Below are positions 54,327 through 64,000 of a stretch of 64,000 bases of DNA, piece after piece. A program made the position numbers and the translations under genes. Location of the stretch: NCBI GenBank assembly GCA_963796285.1, contig CAWCKW010000006.1, positions 32,001 to 96,000 of the forward strand, in the 5' to 3' direction. The notes beneath the pieces are model-generated. The model did no database searches and was not told the origin of the DNA. It saw nothing but the letters and a program-made list of their open reading frames with translations. Position 1 is the first letter of the stretch. Each line of letters opens with the position of its first letter. The stretch comes from Nitrospirota bacterium (GTDB lineage: Bacteria > Nitrospirota > UBA9217).

Positions 54327-55193
54327 TCAACCCAATTTGCCCTGTATGGCCAGCCGGTCAAGACCCTGCCCGATGACCACCGCCCGGCTGTTCTGCGCGG
54401 CCTTCTCATGGCGTACACTGTTCACCCTGCCGAAGACGAGATCGAACCGATAGGTGCCCTGCTCCGTTGCGACGATGGCCTTTGCCCGCGCCACGGTTCC
54501 GTACTCGCCCCTTGCCAGATCGTCAAAGAACCTCTGAACCAATGCAAGCTCCATCCGCTCCGCGAGTCTGAAGGACTGTGTCTCGAAGTGAAGGTGGCAA
54601 TTGCCAGAATGGATATCGCGATGCAGGGGCGCTTCCGGCAGCGGGATGTCGACCGCGGCGTTCACGGAACGGAGAACGACGGCCAGGGGATTGATGGAGC
54701 TGATCAGCTGTTCTGCGGCAACGATCATGGGCTCGTCTGCGAGGTCGGTCTTATTCACCAGGATGACATCGGAGTTCACGACCTGGTCCTGGAAGAAGCA
54801 TCCGTACATACCGGACTCATAAAGTTCGGTGAACTCAGTCGCGTCGACTATCCCGATGACCGAGGCAGAGCCGGCCCCCGCGCTCTCGAGCGCTTCCAGC
54901 ACTCCGGACGGAGATGCCACGCCGCTCGGCTCGATCAGCAAGTGTTCGGGGGCGAACTGTTTCACAATGCGCTGGATGGTCTGGATGAGCTCGAACTTGA
55001 GCGTGCAGCAGACGCACCCGCTCGGAAGCTCCACTGAATCGATGCCTCCTGCGGACAATATCTCACCGTCGATCCCGACAGCGCCGAAGTCGTTCACCAG
55101 CACAACAGTCCTCTCATTTCCCTGTTTCACAAAGCTTCGAATGAACGTTGTTTTGCCAGATCCCAATAATCCGCATACGATCGTCGTTTTCAT
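54327..55193 (-). CDS. CobW/COG0523 family metallochaperone GTPase
   Basis: GLLGSGKTT, VNDFG, GCVCC, IEPSG, NKTD; short His patch. Confidence 0.9.
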   Translation of the reverse strand: MKTTIVCGLLGSGKTTFIRSFVKQGNERTVVLVNDFGAVGIDGEILSAGGIDSVELPSGCVCCTLKFELIQTIQRIVKQFAPEHLLIEPSGVASPSGVLEALESAGAGSASVIGIVDATEFTELYESGMYGCFFQDQVVNSDVILVNKTDLADEPMIVAAEQLISSINPLAVVLRSVNAAVDIPLPEAPLHRDIHSGNCHLHFETQSFRLAERMELALVQRFFDDLARGEYGTVARAKAIVATEQGTYRFDLVFGRVNSVRHEKAAQNSRAVVIGQGLDRLAIQGKLG

Positions 55194-55974
55194 GCCGAAA
55201 CCTTCACCATCCTAACAGCTGCTGTTGTTACGCAAAGCCGCACCGTACGCAAAGAGGATCAGCTTGCTGAACGGGCTCGTGAACCTGTGCGCAGCAAGAA
55301 GCGCGGTATCGGGCCATGATAAGCACCCCTCCCCATGATGGGAGGGGACCAAGGGGCAATGCGTCATTCGATGCTTGTGCGCTTCATCCGCGCCTACCTC
55401 CACCATCGCGGGGGAGGGACCTGAGCCCTGACCCTCTAGCAGAGCTATTGTTTCGTGTTTTGGGTTATAGCGTTTTTACTCTGAGAATTCCGTGTTCTGG
55501 CAAAATGTTCATTAGGTTCATCAAAACGACTCACCTCATACCCATTCATTGCAATGGAAGTGCCATAAGAAAAGATGAGCATGTTCGTCAAGGCGCTATG
55601 CATTCAAACAAGCTCCATTACTACACGCCACTAATCAACAAGCATCACAGATATCCGATGTCATACAAAATGAGTATGAGGAATCAAAAACAACGTGAGG
55701 CAAAATTCCCCGGCTCGTGGGGTATTCTTCATCTATTGTACAGATAGTGATAATCTAAAACCATAAATTGAGCCGCGTAATGCCCTGGTATGCGGCCCGC
55801 TCCTGCTCTTCAAAGCGCAAGGATTCGCTGACTCGCAGCATTTAAGAATTAATGAATATCACGGTCTTTCCAATGATCTTCGACTCTTCTTCACGACCTC
55901 TCGCACACTTTTATCCGCCTCGCTTCCCCGGCTTGGCCTGGATCGCAGGCCCGTTAAAAATGTCACCGCCTGAT

Positions 55975-55990
55975 TGGCATCGCATATGCA
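55975..55990 (+). promoter_or_regulatory. sigma-54 (-24/-12) promoter
   Basis: TGGCAT-CGCAT-ATGCA, with exact GG-N10-GC spacing, just upstream of the operon. Confidence 0.7.
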
Positions 55991-56004
55991 CCATACACCC
56001 TGTC

Positions 56005-56334
56005 ATGAAGAACATCATTCTCTGCTCGTCTAATCCCATTTTGATAAAAAGCCTCTACAGCATGCTGCGGGAGGATGGGTACAATGTGGAGACCATCGAA
56101 CACCCGGCCCATGCGGTCCAGATGGTCATGCGCAGGCACTATCACTTCGTTATCGTTGATTCAGAGCCATTCGGCCTTTCCGCGGGAGACGCGGCGAAGA
56201 TCATCAAGGCCGTCGCGCCCCTGATGCCGGTCCTGTTCGTCGGTGATGACCGCATAGATCCACAGGTGCAGTCCGTAAAGACCCCGATCGACCTCGAAGC
56301 ATTCAAGCGAACGATCCACAGCATCGCGGTTTGA
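56005..56334 (+). CDS. Stand-alone atypical receiver-domain protein
   Basis: Receiver-like pattern (GYNVE, VIVD, PVLFV, KTPID) lacking the acidic DD pocket. Confidence 0.65.
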   Translation: MKNIILCSSNPILIKSLYSMLREDGYNVETIEHPAHAVQMVMRRHYHFVIVDSEPFGLSAGDAAKIIKAVAPLMPVLFVGDDRIDPQVQSVKTPIDLEAFKRTIHSIAV

Positions 56335-56368
56335 CTGTCCGACCCCAAAGGATACGAAAGGAGATGTG

Positions 56369-57397
56369 ATGAAACCAAAGGACGTTATACTCAAGGCATT
56401 CGAGGGAGGCAAGGCCGACCGGCTCCCGGTGACTCTTTTCGGCGCAGGCATGTGGAGCATCAAGCGGCACGGAACGTCGTTCGAGGCCCTGTCGCGGGAC
56501 GCGAACAAGATGACCGACATGCTTGTCGCCATGAGCGAGACGCTTAAGTGCGACATGGTTTACGCGGGCTCGGGCTACAATAACTTCCATGCGTCGGCCC
56601 TGGGCGGGAAGATCAAGTTCCGCGAGATGGGCGCACCGGACCTGGAGAACCACTTTGTCTCATCCGAGGAGGACCTCGCGAAGCTCATGCTCAGCGACCT
56701 CGACAAGGACGAGGTGATCACGACCGTCATTAAATCCCTGCGCCAGACCAAGGCAAAGATCGGCAATAATTACGTCGTCACCATGACGGCCTGGGGCCCC
56801 TTCACCCTCGGCGCGCGGCTTGTGGGCGAGGAAACGATGATGAAGGCCACGTTCAAAAAACCCGCTTTCGTCGAGAAGGTCGTTGATTTCGCCACCGATA
56901 TCCTGATCCATCTCTACGAGCCCATTGTCGCTGACAAGACCCTTGAGGTCATCAGTCTCGCGGACCCCACTGCGTCGGGCGATCTCATTTCCAGGAAACA
57001 GTTCGAGAAGTTCGCATTGCCGTACCTCAAAAAGTTCACTGACTGGGCCAAGTCAAAGAGCGTCCATACGCTGGTCCACATCTGCGGAAACACCACGGAC
57101 CGGCTGGACCTGTTCCCACAGACCGGCGCGAGCTGCATCAGCCTGGACCACAAAACGGACATCACCAAGGCCAAAGAGGCGCTGCACGGTAAAATGTGCT
57201 TCGCCGGGAACGTGGACCCCGTAAAGATCATGCTGAACGGCACGGTCCAGGACGTGGAGAATGCCTGCAAGGACATCATCACGGCCGCCGGTACCGACGG
57301 CGGGTTCGTGCTCATGCCGGGGTGCGACATTCCGCCTACCGTGCCCTACGACAACATCAAAAAGTTCATCCAGGTAGCACATGAGTGGAAAATGTAA
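56369..57397 (+). CDS. MtaA/CmuA (URO-D fold) methyltransferase 1
   Basis: GPFTL, DPTASGDLIS, Zn motif HICG, GNVDP, PGCDI. Confidence 0.85.
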   Translation: MKPKDVILKAFEGGKADRLPVTLFGAGMWSIKRHGTSFEALSRDANKMTDMLVAMSETLKCDMVYAGSGYNNFHASALGGKIKFREMGAPDLENHFVSSEEDLAKLMLSDLDKDEVITTVIKSLRQTKAKIGNNYVVTMTAWGPFTLGARLVGEETMMKATFKKPAFVEKVVDFATDILIHLYEPIVADKTLEVISLADPTASGDLISRKQFEKFALPYLKKFTDWAKSKSVHTLVHICGNTTDRLDLFPQTGASCISLDHKTDITKAKEALHGKMCFAGNVDPVKIMLNGTVQDVENACKDIITAAGTDGGFVLMPGCDIPPTVPYDNIKKFIQVAHEWKM

Positions 57398-57547
57398 CCG
57401 CACGCGGCTGCCGCTGTCAATATTCCTGAAAAGGAGGTGAACCGGTTCATCGTATGAAAGGAAGTTAACGTCATGGGTATTTTGGACGAGTTGAAGAAAC
57501 TGTTTTCCGGAGCACAACGTGCATCCGGGCAAAAGGAGGAAGCAAAA

Positions 57548-57991
57548 ATGGCTGACAAGAAAATGACGTTGGAAGAATGTAACGATTACATGAAGAAGCA
57601 GTGCGGGTTCGTACCGCGCATGTTCCAGGTCATCAACACGGTGACGCCAGAACCAGGAAGGACCTTCGCTGATTTCTACGCGAGCATTTTCGCCGACGGC
57701 GCGCTTTCCCGCAAGGTGAAGGAGCTCATGTTCATGTCGGGCGGCGTGGCCTACTGCTCCCCGCGGTGCATCATCCACGTGATCCCGGCGATCAATGCCG
57801 GCGCAACCACGATGGAGATCTTCGAAGCAGCATCGGTCGGCATGATCCTCGGCGGCTTTGTGCCGGGCGGTCCCGGCATCCCCTATGCGTTCGAGTATGC
57901 ATTAAAGTGCCTCGACATCGAAGCAAAGTTCCGCAAAGGCGAGAAATGGGAGTATCTCCCGCAGCCAAAGTTCGATCACGGTGTATTCTGA
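57548..57991 (+). CDS. Carboxymuconolactone decarboxylase/AhpD-like protein
   Basis: GALSRKVKEL, CSPRCIIH, AGAT..EIFEA; strong RBS before 57548 (alternative start 57473). Confidence 0.8.
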   Translation: MADKKMTLEECNDYMKKQCGFVPRMFQVINTVTPEPGRTFADFYASIFADGALSRKVKELMFMSGGVAYCSPRCIIHVIPAINAGATTMEIFEAASVGMILGGFVPGGPGIPYAFEYALKCLDIEAKFRKGEKWEYLPQPKFDHGVF

Positions 57992-58078
57992 CAGAGCTCG
58001 ATGGGGGAGCATTTCGAAGGCTCCCCCGCCTTTTGGACTCATACAGTCATTCATAAAACGGATAAGAAACAAAATGTT

Positions 58079-58155
58079 ACCGCAGAGAACGCAGCGTTCG
58101 CCGAGAAATCATTGAATAAATAATCAGGCAGGCTCTTCTCCGCGACCGCTGCGGT
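58079..58155. repeat. Inverted element of 9-nt units
   Basis: accgcagag-aacgcagcg-ttcgccgag ... ctccgcgac-cgctgcggt. Confidence 0.55.
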
Positions 58156-58205
58156 GAAAAAGAACTCAAGATGCATCATGCTCAATAGCAGGTAAAAGGG
58201 GAACA

Positions 58206-59156
58206 ATGATGTTTCGATTTAACCGTGAACAGAAAGTCTTCAGCCTCGGCGGTATGAAGGTCGGCGGACAGCCCGGGGAAAACCCGCCGCTCCTGATCGC
58301 GTCGATGTTCCACAACAAGGACCGCATCGCCGCGGACCGCAAAGGCAATTTCGACCGGGCCAAGGCGGTGGAGCTGATCAGGACGCAGGAGGCTCTGTCG
58401 GCCTCCACGGGCATCCCGTCCATGGTGGCCATGGTCGCGAACTCTGCTGAAGAGGCAAAGATCTACATCGACTTTTTCCGCGAGACGACGAAGATGTCGT
58501 TCGGCATCGATATGTGGGTCGCTGAAAAACGCGCAGAGGCCACCGAATATGTCGCCAAACTGGGGCTGCAGGACAAGTTCCTGTACAACAGCATCACGCC
58601 CTGGGACAAGGACATCAAGGGTCAGGTCCAAAAGCTCAAGGACCTCGGGATCAAGCATGTCGTTGTCCAGGCCTTTGACGACGCGGACCAGTCCCCGCGC
58701 GGCAGGCTGAACTCCCTGGAAAAGCTGCTCGACCAGGGCGCCGGGGATTTTGAGACAGTTATCGTGGATACCTCGGTCATGAACCTGCCCGCCACGTCGT
58801 TCTCGCTCGTCGCCAACCGGCTGATCAAGGAAAAACTCGGCCTTCCCTGCGGCGGCGCCTATTCGAACGGCACCCATATGTGGAAGGATGCGAAGACCAT
58901 CTGGAGCCTGGACGGGTTCAAGGCCATGGACGCTGTGGTGCAGGGAATGTCCTCGGCGCTCTGGAGTGACTTTAACTTCTATGGTCCCATCGTCACGGCG
59001 CCGCGCATCTTCCCGGCTGTTGCGGCAGCGCAGATCCTGCTCTCGACCCTGGTGTATGATGAAACACAAACGATGTCGGACAACAAGAACATCCCGATCA
59101 AGAAGTACTTCTCGGATTTTCTGGGAAAACTGACTGCAGGGGCAGCAAGGCGCTGA
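58206..59156 (+). CDS. MtrH/CmuB/MtgA-like methyl-corrinoid:pterin (THF) methyltransferase
   Basis: FRFNREQKVF..GGQPGENPP, YNSI, GLPCGGAYSN, YGPI. Confidence 0.85.
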   Translation: MMFRFNREQKVFSLGGMKVGGQPGENPPLLIASMFHNKDRIAADRKGNFDRAKAVELIRTQEALSASTGIPSMVAMVANSAEEAKIYIDFFRETTKMSFGIDMWVAEKRAEATEYVAKLGLQDKFLYNSITPWDKDIKGQVQKLKDLGIKHVVVQAFDDADQSPRGRLNSLEKLLDQGAGDFETVIVDTSVMNLPATSFSLVANRLIKEKLGLPCGGAYSNGTHMWKDAKTIWSLDGFKAMDAVVQGMSSALWSDFNFYGPIVTAPRIFPAVAAAQILLSTLVYDETQTMSDNKNIPIKKYFSDFLGKLTAGAARR

Positions 59157-59235
59157 TGCGCCAATTGGAGAGTAGATTTTCAATTTAAAATTTCCAATCT
59201 CCAATTTTCAATAATTATTTTGCTAAGGAGGATGC

Positions 59236-60267
59236 ATGACCACCATGAATGCAAGGGAACGGATCCTGAAGCTCTTTGCCGGTGAAGAGGTTGACCGGCC
59301 GCCCTGCTTCAGTGGTTTCGGCAACGTGACCACCGAAGGGCTGAAATCGCTGAATCAGAAGTTCGCGTCATCGCATCTCGACGCTAAAATGATGGCCGAT
59401 GCCGCGGCATCGACCAATAAACTGTTCGGGTTCGAATGCGGGGTAGTGCCCTTCGACCTCTGCATCGAGGCTGAGGCCATCGGGTGCGAGATCAATGTCT
59501 ATGCCCACTCCGAAGACCTGCTCTACCCCACGATCAAGAAAAAGCTGATCCACAATGAGGCCGAGCTGGACATCGTCATCCCCACCGGTCTGACCGGTCG
59601 CGGCCGGGTGCCGCTCATGATCGAAGCGATCAAGCTGCTCAAGAAGGACATCGGGGCCGAGGCGGCCATCGGGACCTATGTGCTCGGCCCCTTCACCCTG
59701 GCGGGCCAGATCATGGAGCTGAACGATCTCCTGAAGCTCTCGTTCAAGAAGCCGGACAAGATCGGCAAGCTGCTGGACCAGATGGCGGACACGATCATCG
59801 AGGTGGCCAGGGTGTATGAAAAGGCCGGCGCCGACTACATCACGGTGCGCGAGATGGGCGCTACGTCCGACGTGCTCTCACCGCGGGTGTTCAAGAGCCT
59901 GATCCTGCCGTATTTGAAAAAGATCTTCGCCCAGCTGAGCGTGCCAAGCGTGCTCCATATCTGCGGCAAGACGAACGACATTGTCCCGTTCATGGCCGAG
60001 AGCGGCGCACGGGCGATCAGCGTCGACCAGAAGAACGACGTTGCCGAGACCCGCAAGAAGCTCGGCCCCGCCGCGCTCATCTTCGGCAACTACGATCCCT
60101 ACAACGTGCTGGTGGCGGGCTCAACAGATCTGGTGCGACAGACCATCAAAAAATGCATGGACGACGGCGTGAGCGCGGTCTGGCCGGGTTGCGACATCTG
60201 GCCCACGGTGCCGCCGGACAATGTCAGGGCCATGATGGATGAAGTCAGAACATACAGGAGGTCATAA
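59236..60267 (+). CDS. MtaA/CmuA (URO-D fold) methyltransferase 2
   Basis: PFDLCIEAEAIG, GRVP, GPFTLAGQ, Zn motif HICG, GNYDP, PGCDI. Confidence 0.88.
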   Translation: MTTMNARERILKLFAGEEVDRPPCFSGFGNVTTEGLKSLNQKFASSHLDAKMMADAAASTNKLFGFECGVVPFDLCIEAEAIGCEINVYAHSEDLLYPTIKKKLIHNEAELDIVIPTGLTGRGRVPLMIEAIKLLKKDIGAEAAIGTYVLGPFTLAGQIMELNDLLKLSFKKPDKIGKLLDQMADTIIEVARVYEKAGADYITVREMGATSDVLSPRVFKSLILPYLKKIFAQLSVPSVLHICGKTNDIVPFMAESGARAISVDQKNDVAETRKKLGPAALIFGNYDPYNVLVAGSTDLVRQTIKKCMDDGVSAVWPGCDIWPTVPPDNVRAMMDEVRTYRRS

Positions 60268-60268
60268 C

Positions 60269-60957
<689 letters not shown>

Positions 60958-60961
<4 letters not shown>

Positions 60962-61644
60962 AGACCTCGCTCAGGAGAGAGTTGCTGGACCATGGCGCCA
61001 CGGTCGTGGGAATCGCAGACCTTCGCGGGTACCTGAGCGGGGAGATCGCCCATCTGGACCGCGCAGTGTCGATCGGCGTGGACCGGAGGCTGAATGAAGA
61101 CACGCTCAGCCTGCTCGTGAAGCTCCAGAAGCGGGCAGTGCGGTTCCTGAAAACCCGGGGACACCGGACACTGGCCATCCCGCCGGACTCGGACCGGAAA
61201 AATGGCACGTTCATCTCAACGCTGTATTCCCTGTTCAACCACAAGATGGCGGCCACGTCTGCGGGTCTGGGGTGGATCGGCAAGAATGGACTTCTCATCA
61301 ACCCCGACTACGGGCCGCGTTTGTCTCTTGCCACGGTTCTGACGGACGCCCGGCTCAGCCCGGACGTGCCCATCGAGCGTTGCCTCTGTGGAGAGTGCCT
61401 TCTCTGCATAGAGCACTGCCCCTCAAAGGCTATAACCGGATCGGAGTGGTCACGGTCGTCGCCCTTCGTTGAACTGGTGAAGCTCAATGCCTGCAGGAGT
61501 CATAAGGCGGCGAAGAGGGCAATGGACAACAAACCAAATTGCGGATTGTGCATCAACATCTGCCCGTATGGGAGGAAAAGCGAAAGAGCATTGGAAGCAA
61601 GTAACCACGGAGTCACGGAGACACGGAGAGAAACACTGAAATGA
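60958..61644 (+). CDS. QueG/reductive-dehalogenase-like 2x[4Fe-4S] protein
   Basis: HKMAATSAGLGWIGKNGLLINPDYGPR...VLTD; CGECLLCIEHCP; CGLCINICP; ATGA overlap with the corrinoid gene. Confidence 0.75.
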
Positions 61645-61746
61645 ATAGAGCCAAGGCTGATGATTTGCGATCTACGTTTGGTCGATCCTGTTCCTTGCCC
61701 TGCTTTCAATATCTCGGACTTCTCCGTGCCTCCGTGTCTCCGTGGT
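61604..61746. repeat. Inverted element of three 8-nt units (CACGGAG)
   Basis: accacggag-tcacggag-acacggag ... ctccgtgc-ctccgtgt-ctccgtggt. Confidence 0.75.
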
Positions 61747-61786
61747 GGATATAGATCCGAGACTTGAATATGTCGGGAGGAAGTGC

Positions 61787-63763
61787 ATGGTCAAGAAACA
61801 CAAAGTTATATTTCAGCCCTCGGGCAGCCGGGGTGAGGTAGAGGACGGCAAGACCATCCTCGAGGCAGCCCAGTCCCTGGGTGTTGATATTGAGGCGCTC
61901 TGCGGCAACAAGAAGGTCTGCGGCAAGTGCAAGGTGAGGATCGAAGAAGGGTATTTCGAAAAGGACAACATCGAATCGGGCATGGCCCACCTCTCGCCGC
62001 TCACCGAGGCGGAGAAGAAGCACATCAAGCCCGAGGACGGGCCCGGCATCAGGCTGTCCTGCACGGCTGAGATCCACGGCGACATAAAGGTCTTCGTTCC
62101 CGAACGATCGCGCGCGGGCAAACAGGTCGTGCGCAAGGCGGCCAAGGAGCTTACGATCAAGCTCGACCCGGCAGTCAAGAAGTACAACATCGAACTCACA
62201 AAGCCCACCCTGCATGACATGACCACCGGTGACTGGGAGCGCGTGCTCAAATTCCTCGACGACGACTATGGACTAAAGGGTCTCACGTTTGATTACCTCG
62301 TCCTGAAGGACCTTCAGGATACGCTGCGCAAGGGCGAATGGAAAGCCACGGTCACCGTCTGGATGGACAAGGAGATCATCAAGGTCGAGCCCGGGTTCGT
62401 TGAAGCAAGCTACGGTCTGGCCGTGGACATCGGCACCACGACCTGCGTGGGGTACCTCACGGACCTGAGCACGGGCAAGGTCGTGAACACCGAATCCATG
62501 ATGAACCCCCAGGTGCCCTACGGCGAGGACGTGATGTCGCGCATCACCTATGCCATGAGCAATCCCGGCGGCCTCGAGACCATGCAAAAGGCGGTCATCA
62601 TTGGTCTGAACGAGATCATCGAACGGGTGGTATCGGACATCGCGAAGGACGCGCCCCATCCCGGCTTTGTGATCGATGACCTCACCATCGTGTTCAACAC
62701 GGCCATGCACCACATCTTCCTGGGCATGAACCCGGAATACATCGGCAAATCGCCCTTCATCCCGGCGGTCCAGAGCTCGCTCGACATCAAGGCGCGCGAC
62801 CTGGGCCTGAAGATCAACCCGTCAGCCTACATTCACGTGCTGCCGATCGAGGCCGGCTTCGTGGGCGCAGACAACGTGGGCGTCCTGATCGCCGAGGAAC
62901 CCTACAACCAGGACGAAATGGTGCTGATCATCGATATCGGCACGAACGGCGAGCTGCTCCTGGGCAACCGGAACAAGGTCTGCTCCACGTCATGCGCCAC
63001 GGGCCCGGCCTTCGAGGGCGCCCAGATCAAGTTCGGCATGCGTGCTGCTCCTGGCGCGATCGAGACGGTCGAGATCGATCCCGCGACCAAAGAGCCGCGC
63101 TACAAGGTCATCGGCAAGGCCGACTGGCATACCCACATCGCGGAAGTGAAGGCCAAGGGTCTGTGCGGTTCCGGCATCATCGGCGTCGTGGCGGAAATGT
63201 TCAAAGCCGGCATCATCGATAAGAGCGGCAGGTTCGTGATGGACCTCGGCACGACGCGGGTCAGGAAGGACATCGACGGCAAGCCCGAGTACGTGCTCGC
63301 CTGGGCCGCGGAGACCTCCATCGGCCATGACATCACCATCACCCAGGGAGATGTTCGCGCGCTCCAGCTCGCCAAAGGGGCGCTCTACGCCGGCGCAAAA
63401 CTGATGATGAAGCGTCTCAACGTGACCAAGCTCGACCGCGTGATCCTGGCCGGCGCGTTCGGGAGCCACATCGACAAGGTGGCATCGCTCACCCTCGGCA
63501 TGTTCCCGGACTGCCCCATCGACATGGTCTACGCAGTGGGCAACGCGGCCGGCGACGGTTCGCGCATGGCGCTCCTGAACCGGGACAAGCGGCGCGAGGC
63601 GAACGAGCGGGCGCGGTGGGTCGAGTTCGTCGAGATCGCCACGGACCCGGCCTTTGAGAAGGAATTCATGCAGGCGATGCATATCCCGCATATGAAGGAC
63701 AAGTTCCCGAACCTGAAGGAGCTGCTCGCGAAAACGAACAGCCCGGTGGAGATCAAAGGATAA
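61787..63763 (+). CDS. ASKHA-domain reductive activator of corrinoid proteins (RACo/RamA-like, DUF4445) with N-terminal 2Fe-2S
   Basis: CGNKKVCGKC...RLSC; DIGTTT; GEDVMSRI; DIGTNGE; CATGPAFEG; GLCGSG; AGAFG; GNAAG. Confidence 0.92.
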   Translation: MVKKHKVIFQPSGSRGEVEDGKTILEAAQSLGVDIEALCGNKKVCGKCKVRIEEGYFEKDNIESGMAHLSPLTEAEKKHIKPEDGPGIRLSCTAEIHGDIKVFVPERSRAGKQVVRKAAKELTIKLDPAVKKYNIELTKPTLHDMTTGDWERVLKFLDDDYGLKGLTFDYLVLKDLQDTLRKGEWKATVTVWMDKEIIKVEPGFVEASYGLAVDIGTTTCVGYLTDLSTGKVVNTESMMNPQVPYGEDVMSRITYAMSNPGGLETMQKAVIIGLNEIIERVVSDIAKDAPHPGFVIDDLTIVFNTAMHHIFLGMNPEYIGKSPFIPAVQSSLDIKARDLGLKINPSAYIHVLPIEAGFVGADNVGVLIAEEPYNQDEMVLIIDIGTNGELLLGNRNKVCSTSCATGPAFEGAQIKFGMRAAPGAIETVEIDPATKEPRYKVIGKADWHTHIAEVKAKGLCGSGIIGVVAEMFKAGIIDKSGRFVMDLGTTRVRKDIDGKPEYVLAWAAETSIGHDITITQGDVRALQLAKGALYAGAKLMMKRLNVTKLDRVILAGAFGSHIDKVASLTLGMFPDCPIDMVYAVGNAAGDGSRMALLNRDKRREANERARWVEFVEIATDPAFEKEFMQAMHIPHMKDKFPNLKELLAKTNSPVEIKG

Positions 63764-63927
63764 ACCTGGCCCAGTCAAGTCGGAATTTAACAAATCGTCT
63801 CTGTATGCCTCCGCGGGAGATTTTCACCCGTTGTGAAAAGAATTTGATTTGCAACTGACTAAAAACGGAAGTTTCCCGTTCAAAGAATATCAGCTGCTGA
63901 ATGAAAGGCGGCCGACCGGAAGAGCCT

Positions 63928-64000
63928 ATGACCACGGTTATCGTCAATGCGGGTGCGTGCGGATATACCGTCACCATCACAGCAAAAAAAAACAAAGACA
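63928..64000 (+). CDS. 5' end of a small conserved protein (truncated by window)
   Basis: MTTVIVNAGACGYTVTITA after a GGAAGAG RBS-like sequence. Confidence 0.5.
   Translation, partial: MTTVIVNAGACGYTVTITAKKNKD

Noticed and set aside
55200-55970. Cobalamin riboswitch upstream of the CobW-like or B12 genes
   Set aside because: No B12-box or conserved GGGAA/ACTG core seen on either strand; only a GC hairpin near 55326-55342.
58206-59156. Methanogen Mtr complex or archaeal origin
   Set aside because: Only an MtrH-like gene is present, with no mtrA-G; the context is clearly bacterial.
56369-60267. True uroporphyrinogen decarboxylase (hemE)
   Set aside because: The MRQAGR motif is absent; the HxC...C Zn motif and corrinoid context indicate methyltransferases.

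Overview
Bacterial chromosomal segment with GC-rich coding DNA. The gene content suggests an anaerobe or facultative anaerobe, resembling Nitrospirota/Desulfobacterota (inference, no search run). Many genes between 1 and 49 kb, including housekeeping purL, parB, dksA, ilvE and aconitase, are broken by 1-nt indels that are best explained as long-read consensus errors. The window carries housekeeping genes, four tRNAs (Val-CAC, Gln-CTG, Glu-CTC, Leu-GAG) and an integrase remnant at tRNA-Glu. It also holds an NO-stress set (di-heme norC, norB, hcp with a CRP/FNR-type box) and an rsmG...parA-parB-bactofilin locus with three perfect parS palindromes around a Clp1-like RNA kinase and hcp. The most notable system lies at 49-64 kb. 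A cytoplasmic PAS-GAF-PAS kinase/sigma-54 activator pair and a CobW-type GTPase sit upstream of a sigma-54 promoter. That promoter leads into an intact corrinoid-dependent methyl-transfer operon: two MtaA/CmuA methyltransferases, a CMD/AhpD-like protein, an MtrH/CmuB-like methyltransferase, a corrinoid protein, a QueG-like Fe-S protein and an ASKHA reductive activator. Its composition resembles halomethane (cmu/mec) or methyl-sulfide demethylation systems; the substrate is unknown. Dispersed 7-9-nt periodic inverted-repeat elements occur throughout.
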